8,759 bases of DNA from assembly GCF_000143415.4 (NCBI RefSeq), contig NW_003314270.1:1029783-1038541 (forward strand). Direction: 5' to 3'. The position numbers and the translations under genes are program-made. Shown in pieces: positions 1 through 7,233 of this stretch (position 1 is its first letter; the number at the start of each line of letters is the position of its first letter). The notes under the pieces are model-generated. The model saw nothing but the letters and a program-made list of their open reading frames with translations. It was not told the origin of the DNA and made no database searches. The DNA is from Selaginella moellendorffii (taxonomy: Eukaryota; Plantae; Lycopodiophyta).

Positions 1-443
1 GCCCTTATACTGGAATTATAGAGCACCACAATAAGTAACCACTAGTGGGATGCACAAGACTTCAGTATAAGACCCATAACTAAGATGCTCTTATGTGCTA
101 GAATCTAGTGTTCAAAGAGGGTAACTACTGAAACTAAAAGTGATAGTGAAGAAAACAAGGGGAAGAAAGCTAAAAATAAAAGTCAAAAGGAAAGAGGATA
201 AAAGTAAAAAATGAGAGAGGAGTTTAAAGTTCAAAGACATAAGGAAAACACAGTGGGAAATGATCTAATTAAACTAAAGACTTTAGAAAGTTGTTGAAGC
301 CAAGGGACCTTAGACTTGTATAGTGATGTTAGAGAAGTCAAGTGTTGACGTAGTCCAATCCATGTTGAAGAAGGCAATTATATTGCATTGAACAACTTGG
401 ATCTCTAGCAATATGTTATCCTTAATGATTTTTAGGAAAAGAA

Positions 444-1010
444 ATCAAATATCATTTGTACCTTTTCCAGATGAGTTGCTTAGTTATTGTATATGCAAAA
501 TTTGTCAAGGTACACTATGATAAGTTTGCCAAGGTACGGCTCAAAGATCTTGTTCATGAGTCGTTTAAATGTTGCTAGTGCATTTGTGAGCTAAAATGGC
601 ATCACTCTATATACAAAAGTTCCCCAAGGAGTGGTGAATATTGTTTTCAGTTGATCCTCCTCTTTGATTCAAACTTAAAAATATTCGAAGTATCCATCAT
701 AAAAAGTATACCATTCATGTCTTGCTACTGCATTAAGGATCTCGTCTATGAATGGAATGGGATGATGACCACCTCATGTAACATCATTCAACTTTTTATA
801 GTTGATGCACACTTTCTATTTCCTTCTTTTTTTTGGTGTTACTATAGATGACACCCAATTTGAATTCTCCACTTCAAATATAAAGTCAGCTTTGATCAAC
901 TTTATCAACTCAATATAGTATATATCAAACTTTAGAGGTCCCAACTTATATGGCTTTGAGCTATTAACTTTGCTCCTTGCTTGATTAGAATCTCATGTTT
1001 CACTATATCC
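444..1010 (-). pseudogene. pol: Gypsy reverse transcriptase, disrupted
   Basis: Minus translation gives VKHEILIKQGAKLIAQ/KPYKLGP, then from 899 LIKADFIFEVENSNWVSSIVTPKKRRK*KVCINYKKLNDVT*GGHHPIPFIDEILNAVARHEWYTFYDGYFEYF*V*IKEEDQLKTIFTTPWGTFVYRVMPF*LTNALATFKRLMNKIFEPYLGKLIIVYLDKFCIY. The catalytic YLDD reads YLDK at 512-501. The DGYxxY and FTTPWGTF motifs resemble non-chromovirus (Athila/Tat/Phygy-type) RTs. Confidence 0.95.
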
Positions 1011-1281
1011 ACTTGTATCTCCTCATAGGATTTTATGAAAAGCTTTGGGGAGTTGTGTTTGTCCATATTTTCTTGTGAAAAGTTATTTCCTTTCTCAATG
1101 CTAATTTTAGGTTCTATCCATTTAGCAATCTTAAGCATAACTTGCAGTGCATATAAATCATTCACCTTGATATCTCTTTCTGAATCTAATTCATTCCATG
1201 AATTATAGCTATCTTCATTGCTCATGAGAGATTCTTCCAGCCTCTTTGTAAGATTCTATTGCACAACTACTTCTTCTTATC

Positions 1282-1620
1282 TCATATGATTATTTCACCT
1301 ACCTCCCAATCATTATTGGCACGGACCTTACACAACCAAGGACATCCAAGGATCATATGATAACCATCACTACTCTTTAGATGAATAACATGCATGTCAA
1401 TTATGGTGGATATCCCACAAACTATTATGGGAAGATTAGTGTTCACCCGATGATCACTTGCTACTTTGATCTTCCACCTCAAGGGTTGAGTGCATTTCAA
1501 CCTAAGTTTCTCTATCAACTAGTCACTTATGACCCATATGGCTGCACCACCATCCACTAGTATCCTTTGTATTAAAATCCCTTTAAGAATAGCTTCCACT
1601 ATTGGAGCATCCATGTTAAC
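1282..1620 (-). pseudogene. pol: Retropepsin-like aspartic protease of the Gypsy element
   Basis: APIVEAILKGILIQRILVDGGAAIWVISD*LIEKL has the active-site DGG at 1554-1546. It is in frame with ORF 1282..1518, which contains the C-terminal YHMILGCPWL (ILGxPWL) motif. Just upstream lies a pre-protease ISDLSEFCANITIAQLLSKC segment. Confidence 0.9.
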
Positions 1621-1968
1621 CTCAATAATAAGAGTTTACACTCCATGTGCCTGTTTATCTGTTACCTTTCTCTCTCACTCTTGTACTGATTCCTTGATAA
1701 ATCTCTTTTTGCAATCTTGTGCATTTGGAGAGGAGTTGAGCAATAGTAATGTTTGCACAAAATTCACTTAAATCACTTATGATGACTCCTTTTGGCCTTT
1801 ATTAATCTTCATATCCTGAATCCCAAACTTTCAATGAGGCCATATCACTCTATCCTGGTTTTTCTTAGTAAAGCAGGCTTCTATTGGATTCGATTATAAT
1901 TGCTCTCTTTGAGGCCTATTTACAACAAGCACATCTTGATCTTCAAAATAAAAATCTTTGCCATTATC

Positions 1969-2141
1969 NNNNNNNNNNNNNNNNNNNNNNNNNNNNNNNN
2001 NNNNNNNNNNNNNNNNNNNNNNNNNNNNNNNNNNNNNNNNNNNNNNNNNNNNNNNNNNNNNNNNNNNNNNNNNNNNNNNNNNNNNNNNNNNNNNNNNNNN
2101 NNNNNNNNNNNNNNNNNNNNNNNNNNNNNNNNNNNNNNNNN
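1969..2141. other. N-gap (173 N) within the Gypsy gag-protease linker
   Basis: Run of N. Confidence 1.
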
Positions 2142-2148
2142 TTTTGCA

Positions 2149-2263
2149 GGCATTTGGGGAATAGTGTCTCAGGTTGTTTACAAGTGAAACAAACAACTAG
2201 ATTTACTACTTTTTGTTATTGGCATTCATTGTTATAATGCTTAGACTCCTTACAATTGTAGTA
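2149..2263 (-). pseudogene. gag: Two tandem gag CCHC zinc knuckles (degenerate)
   Basis: YYNCKESKHYNNEC (2263-2222, first C reads Y) and CFTCKQP-[frameshift]-HYSPN (2191-2149), both with CX2CX4HX4C-like spacing. Confidence 0.85.
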
Positions 2264-2775
2264 TATAACATTTACCTAATCACGTGAGGGTGGTGTTTGT
2301 GCATGATCCTTTAGTGGTTGACCATTGTAAAGTGGCTGCTATTAAGGAGTTTATGGTGGCCTTCTCTGAAGCAAATGCAACTTTAACTCACCAAAATCTA
2401 TAAGTAACTTTGCCAAGTTTTCCTTTAGTATTGATTGCAAGTGTCTTGCTACTAATGTAAGAGCTACTTCCTTCTTTTGGGCAAAGGATGAAGCTGCCAT
2501 TAGTCTAACTACTTCATCAAGTCATCCAAACTTTCTAGTTTTCCATGCTCCAAGTCATCAAGAAAGTTTGTGTTAATGCATCCCAATTCGCTCGTACATC
2601 CTTGTTTTGCCTATTATACCACTTCATTCTTGTATCTTCCATAAATGCTAAAAATAACTCCAACCATGTTGCAAGTGTTTGATTTTCATTTGAGAGGCAA
2701 GCTTTCTTAAAAGATCTAAAATATCTATTAGCATCCTCACTTTGAGATCCATAAAAAAACTAGGATCTTTGCCAT
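2264..2775 (-). pseudogene. gag: Gypsy gag (capsid N-terminal domain plus linker), with an apparent internal deletion
   Basis: ATG at 2775 gives MAKILVF/[frameshift in T run]YGSQSEDANRYFRSFKKACLSNENQTLATWLELFLAFMEDTRMKWYNRQNKDVRANWDALTQTFL, the typical FxG..ED..F..AC..WY..W..L..FL capsid pattern. The capsid C-terminal QxxxE..Y segment is not seen before the linker. Confidence 0.85.
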
Positions 2776-2872
2776 CTTCTCTACTCTAAGAAATTTTTAT
2801 AAATTTTTTATGATAAACTCTAAGTTATTATAACTTCTCATTACTAACTTGAGCTTATGAATTTTCTTCAAA

Positions 2873-3217
2873 GTTGTCCCTCATGATGTGTTTGATCTTA
2901 AAAAAATAAAACTCTTACTTTAATTCCTAGATATCTTTTGATAAAAGCATTAATCCTTGATTCTTGACCTTCCAACTTTCATTCATTTAATTTATAATTC
3001 ATTTGAAATTGTTTACAGCAACCATATCCTTAACTCCTAATGCTTTTGTTTCCTTTAATCCTTGAATCAAAGCCACATGCTCAACTTAGTTGCAAGTGTG
3101 GGTATTTGTAGCAGCTTTTCTAATGTGTGTTTTGTTGCCTTTTAGATCAATGATAACAATTATAATGCTAGCTACTTTCTTCTTCAACTTGAATTCTTTA
3201 TCAAAGTTCACTTGCTA
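2873..3217 (-). pseudogene. Archaeal/cellular-type RNase HI domain (aRH, RVT_3-like), degenerate
   Basis: Minus translation gives *QVNFDKEFKLKKKVASIIIVIIDLKGNKTHIRKAATNTHTCN*VEHVALIQGLKETKALGVKDMVAVNNFK*IIN*MNESWKVKNQGLMLLSKDI*ELKVRVLF/FKIKHIMRDN. This matches the FDG...TxNxAE..ALI.GL..A..LG...GDS..Q..G.WKVKN..L...HIxR layout. D is at 3202-3200, E at 3082-3080, the third acidic site reads N at 3010-3008, and WKVKN is at 2974-2960. Confidence 0.85.
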
Positions 3218-3241
3218 CATTAGCAATTACAATCAAACCTT

Positions 3242-3616
3242 TCATAAGTTATACAAAATAAGGATTTTAAAATTGCCCATAGATTGTAAGAGTCCCAAAG
3301 GAAAGGATGAATCTATCATGAGATTATAAAGTAAATCACTATTATAGCAACATGCATCCTCAAATATGACTTTGTTAAAAGGATGCCAGATTTGTAACAA
3401 AGTTTTTCTCACTTCACAATGTTTTATAAAAATGCTAGCAATGGCTAAAAGAATTTCAAAGTCAAATTCTCTAAATCCCCAATCTTGAATAATGGTAATT
3501 GAATTATGAAGTGTAAAGTGATGAGGAACTTGAAAAAAAGACTTCAATATATGATTTTGAATAGGTAAAGGCAATAGAAAGAACTTATTCCAAAATCTCT
3601 CATCATTATTACTCAT
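3242..3616 (-). CDS. 124-aa ORF of unknown function, in frame with the downstream aRH domain (probable N-terminal part of one extra protein of about 250 aa)
   Basis: This is the longest gap-free ORF in the track. The same frame continues past its TGA as KV*L*LLM*QVNFD into the RNase H. Confidence 0.55.
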   Translation of the reverse strand: MSNNDERFWNKFFLLPLPIQNHILKSFFQVPHHFTLHNSITIIQDWGFREFDFEILLAIASIFIKHCEVRKTLLQIWHPFNKVIFEDACCYNSDLLYNLMIDSSFPLGLLQSMGNFKILILYNL

Positions 3617-3719
3617 ATGCCTAGTCTACATCTTCAATAAAGATATTTAATAGTGTATCACTATTTTGAATATCTTCTTCACAAACATAAGACTCTATTC
3701 CCCACTACTCATATGCATC

Positions 3720-4270
3720 NNNNNNNNNNNNNNNNNNNNNNNNNNNNNNNNNNNNNNNNNNNNNNNNNNNNNNNNNNNNNNNNNNNNNNNNNNNNNNNNN
3801 NNNNNNNNNNNNNNNNNNNNNNNNNNNNNNNNNNNNNNNNNNNNNNNNNNNNNNNNNNNNNNNNNNNNNNNNNNNNNNNNNNNNNNNNNNNNNNNNNNNN
3901 NNNNNNNNNNNNNNNNNNNNNNNNNNNNNNNNNNNNNNNNNNNNNNNNNNNNNNNNNNNNNNNNNNNNNNNNNNNNNNNNNNNNNNNNNNNNNNNNNNNN
4001 NNNNNNNNNNNNNNNNNNNNNNNNNNNNNNNNNNNNNNNNNNNNNNNNNNNNNNNNNNNNNNNNNNNNNNNNNNNNNNNNNNNNNNNNNNNNNNNNNNNN
4101 NNNNNNNNNNNNNNNNNNNNNNNNNNNNNNNNNNNNNNNNNNNNNNNNNNNNNNNNNNNNNNNNNNNNNNNNNNNNNNNNNNNNNNNNNNNNNNNNNNNN
4201 NNNNNNNNNNNNNNNNNNNNNNNNNNNNNNNNNNNNNNNNNNNNNNNNNNNNNNNNNNNNNNNNNNNNNN
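3720..4270. other. N-gap (551 N) upstream of the extra aRH ORF
   Basis: Run of N. Confidence 1.
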
Positions 4271-4318
4271 TGTAAAACTAAAAGAGAAAACTTAAACTAG
4301 AATCACTTTACACTCTAT

Positions 4319-4360
4319 GCTCTAATGCCTTATGTCATGAGGGGCTCTTCCTTATATAGT
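4319..4360 (-). promoter_or_regulatory. LTR-type signals: TATA-like CTATATAAG and a possible degenerate tRNA-iMet primer binding site after a TGACA end
   Basis: The minus strand reads actatataaggaagagcccctcaTGACA-ta-AGGCATTAGAGC, a 9/12 match to TGGTATCAGAGC at 4330-4319. The TATA and PBS readings are partly incompatible because they are only ~20 bp apart. Confidence 0.35.
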
Positions 4361-4748
4361 CTTTAGATCATATTTTATGTTTTTTGTTATTAATATCATA
4401 AAATATTGGTGTATTAAAGGTGGCAAATTTAGATGACCATTATTGAATGCTTAGGTTATACAATTTTAAAAAAAAATGGTGGCAGAAATCTTTGTAAGGT
4501 TGGAGGGTATCTTTAAATATAAGAGTTATCTAGCAAGTCATTTTAGAAAGGTGTGGAAGATAAGGTTTGTGATAGATGAAGATGGATGGGTAATAGGATG
4601 AATATAAAATATATAATGGAAAGAGTAGTCATGAAAGGATTTTGTTTCACTTGTTTTTTTACTTTGACTTCAAATATTAGGTCATGGAGAAAAGGTGGGA
4701 TAATTTTGTATATACATACCTTATATACATGTATACCTTGACTTTGAA

Positions 4749-5170
4749 TATGGCATTTTTGGCTGAAAAGTTTTCCTGTCACAATACACATCTTGGCATC
4801 CAACTTGACAGAAAATGAGATGGCTCCATTTGCCTACACCAAGCCAAGTATGTGGAGGACATCTATCAGAAATTTTCCATACACCACAGGTCTCTTGCAC
4901 CAACACCAATGTAGGTTTGAAACTTTCTAAGGATATGTCTCCTTTCACTGATCAAGAGAAGCTTGACATGGGCATCATCCCCTATGGGAAGCCTCATGTA
5001 TCTGGTCGCTTGCACACACCCAGATCTCATACTCTATAAGTGTGGTAAGATCTTATACTCTATAAGTGTGGTAAGGGAATTCCTAGACAAGCTTGTAAAC
5101 AATTTTTTTGGTACTTACTTGGTACTTCATCTTTTGGCCTTGCTATAAGTCACGAGCTTCCAGCTTCACA
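4749..5170 (+). mobile_element. pol: Ty1/Copia RT C-terminal fragment (plus strand), heavily frameshifted
   Basis: The pieced translation is MAFLAEKF..HLGIQLDRK*DGSICLHQAKYVEDIYQKF..TPM/VGLKLSKDMSPFTDQEKLDMGIIPY/GSLMYLVACTHPDL/YSISVV..KQFFWYLLGTSSFGL. It contains the Copia LGI, HQxxY, PY..GSLMYL..TRPD and RYLxGT motifs. Confidence 0.9.
5022..5075. repeat. Tandem duplication, 2 x 26 bp (AGATCTYATACTCTATAAGTGTGGTA)
   Basis: Copies at 5022-5047 and 5048-5073 differ at one base and are followed by AG. Confidence 0.95.
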
Positions 5171-5288
5171 GGTTGATGGAATAGGTGTAAAGGAAACGTA
5201 CTGGGGCATTTATTGATACAACTCTTCTTGATTTATATACACATCTTAGTTCCTTTGATTGTGCCTTGATTTCTCCTTGGTTCCAACA
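5171..5288 (-). repeat. Short 3' LTR (~103-118 bp) of the minus-strand Copia
   Basis: It starts TGTTGG at 5288 immediately after the PPT and contains TATATAAA (~5239-5232) and AATAAA (5214-5209). It ends either at CATCAACC (5171, imperfect inverted end) or at TTTACA (5186). Confidence 0.7.
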
Positions 5289-5297
5289 CTCCCCCTT
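5289..5297 (-). promoter_or_regulatory. Polypurine tract of the Copia element
   Basis: Minus-strand AAGGGGGAG directly abuts the TG start of the LTR, shortly after the RNase H stop codon. Confidence 0.9.
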
Positions 5298-5322
5298 AAT
5301 CTGATGTCTTTTAATCAGATTG

Positions 5323-7000
5323 CTACTCCCCCTGTGAGACTAGTCCGAGTTGTCATTGTAGTCATTCAAACTATTAGACTTCAATCATAGTCTTTGTGAG
5401 CAGATCCGCAACCATCATCATTGTGGAGATGTATCTCAGCCTAACTTATTCTCTCTCAATCCACTCCTTGATAAAGTAATGAAACATCTTAAAGTGTTTA
5501 TTTCTCCCATGATGCATTGGGTTCATGATGGACTGAAGACATGTTGTGTTGTCATTGTAGACATTTTGTAGCGCATATGATCATGGGATGAGATTTGGAT
5601 ATACTGTCACCGTGGATCCTTGGAACCTTGGGGGATAAATGGGGATAAAATAGCCACTAAGGGCTCTCTCATCAAGCAATTACCCCTTTTCCAGTTGGCT
5701 TAAGGGGAGAGAGATAAGGTGTGCTACACATTTAGTGGTACTTGCAACTCAGAACTGATATCTCAGAGTAGCCATTGAATCCATAAAGCTTTCTTAATAG
5801 CTTCCATATAATAGCATTTTACTTTGCTTCACAAATAGACAACACCACCATCCTTTGTTTCTAGCTGTGTCACGACACAACCACATTAGAGAATTTGAAC
5901 ATGTACCTGGTTGTTGATCTCCTATCATCCAAATCGCCAGCAAGATCAACATCTACTATTCCATATGGTATAATTGCACTTAATCCAATTTCTCCTCCTG
6001 CCATCCCCTTGAACTCGAGATAAAGCAATGAAGTTTGTCGTATGTAGTTAAAGATCTACTCTACTAAATACCAATGTCTCTTTCTAGGATTTTGCATGAA
6101 TTGGCACACTCTAGAAACAGCTACACCTATGTCTAATCTACTTGATATGGCTAAATACATCAATGCTCTAACCATGTTTTGATATGGTAGCTTAACCATC
6201 TCCTTCTTGTTCCCCTCGGAATGTGGTTGATCTACTTTGGAGGGCTTGTTGAATTAGAGTGCTAGAGTTAAAGCTGGGCATGCAATTAAGAAACCATCAT
6301 ATTCCTTGATAAGATTTGAGATATACTTATATTGATGGACCTTTAGAACTTGATTTTTCCGATCATGCACAATTTGGAAGCCCAAACAAAAGGAAATTTT
6401 ACCAAAATCTATCATTTGAAGTTGTTTAGAGAGTTGTTATTTAAGCCATTTAAGATTTGTTGTCATTTCAGCCATGATGAGATGTGAATATAAACATACA
6501 TGAGAATAATCAAGTCATCACGAAAACAATAATATAGATCCCAATTTGCTTTTGCATAAGAGAAAACAAAAAATTAGAAAAAACTTTTGCAAAGTATTAT
6601 ACCAGATCCTTGGTGGCTGTTTTAATCTATAAATACATCATTGGAATTTGCACATATAGCACTCTTTCCCTTAGATCTCAAAATCTGAAGGTTGTTGCAT
6701 ACACATTGGTTCCTCCAACTTGCCATTGAGAAGTGCATTCTTGATGTCCATCTGCTCAACCTTAAGGTTTAAGTGATTAGCAATTGCAAGAACAAAATAA
6801 ATATAAATCATATTAACTACAAGTGAAAAAATCTCACTACAATCAATTCTAGCTTGCTGTATATATCCTTTTGTGATTAACCTTGCCTTGTACTGATCAT
6901 GTCTCCTTATATTTTATATTGTGAATCCATTTACACTATATAATTGAAGCCTTGCAAGGAACCTCTTGTGGTGAAATGAGTGTCCAGGAATGTTAGCTGC
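5323..7000 (-). mobile_element. pol: Degenerate Ty1/Copia pol (RT plus RNase H), 5'-truncated at the start of RT
   Basis: Motifs in order: SWTLISP, CKW (6935-6927), YKARL (6892-6878), QMDIKNA (6754-6734), YRLKQ (6631-6617), degraded YV[DD], LPYQNMVRALMYL, HW, DLAGDLDDRRST (5947-5912), KQRMVVLS.CEA, HGRNKH, ADLLTK (5409-5392), then LGLVSQGE* with the stop at 5325-5323. Confidence 0.95.
5603..5757. mobile_element. 151-bp insertion interrupting the Copia RNase H, flanked by ACTG direct repeats
   Basis: Removing it rejoins WLL*DIS to ISKSHP on the minus strand. ACTG lies at 5603-5606 and 5754-5757. The insert begins TGTCAC at 5605 and holds a GGGGATAAA tandem at 5631-5649. Confidence 0.75.
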
Positions 7001-7233
7001 CATCTTTGACCACATGGTCAACATCAGTCAAAGGGAAGCTCAAAGGTATATTAAGGCATGTTAAAGTAAAGAACTTAACCTACCCTAGAGCTCATAGTGG
7101 AGTGCTAATGTAGTGGAGCTTTTGAGGTAGTTCGAAGGTGGTTGGGTGGTGAGGAACTTTAAGAGGAGGCATAGTATAATCTAGGGAGAGTAAATTTTTG
7201 TCTTTTTGTGCCAAATCATAATATTGATAAGTT

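Larger units (their letters stand above)
444..4360 (-). mobile_element. Degenerate Ty3/Gypsy LTR retrotransposon (non-chromovirus-like), 3'-truncated within RT; apparent order [promoter/PBS-like]-extra ORF with aRH-gag-2xCCHC-protease-RT
   Basis: Collinear minus-strand gag, zinc knuckle, protease and RT motifs between 2775 and 444. Extension to 4360 is inferred from the same-strand upstream ORF and TATA/PBS-like signals, across a 551-N gap. Confidence 0.75.

Noticed and set aside
651-851. Plus-strand 66-aa ORF
   Set aside because: Antisense shadow of the Gypsy RT.
1529-1771. Plus-strand 80-aa ORF
   Set aside because: Antisense to the protease region.
1884-2237. ORFs spanning the first N-gap
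   Set aside because: They are open only because N codons contain no stops.
2873-3217. aRH as a host RNase H1 gene or bacterial contamination
   Set aside because: No introns or operon context are evident, and it shows the same decay as the adjacent gag in a wholly transposon-derived neighbourhood.
3090-3329. Hydrophobic 79-aa ORF resembling a membrane or env-like peptide
   Set aside because: It is the antisense of the A-rich aRH frame, and T-rich codons explain the hydrophobicity.
3653-4300. 215-aa and 209-aa ORFs
   Set aside because: Almost entirely X residues from the N-gap.
4543-4948. Minus-strand ORFs of 86 and 75 aa
   Set aside because: No recognisable motifs; they overlap the antisense of the Copia RT and AT-rich non-coding DNA.
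5022-5075. Possible CRISPR-like repeat
   Set aside because: Only two adjacent copies with no spacer, inside a eukaryotic retrotransposon RT.
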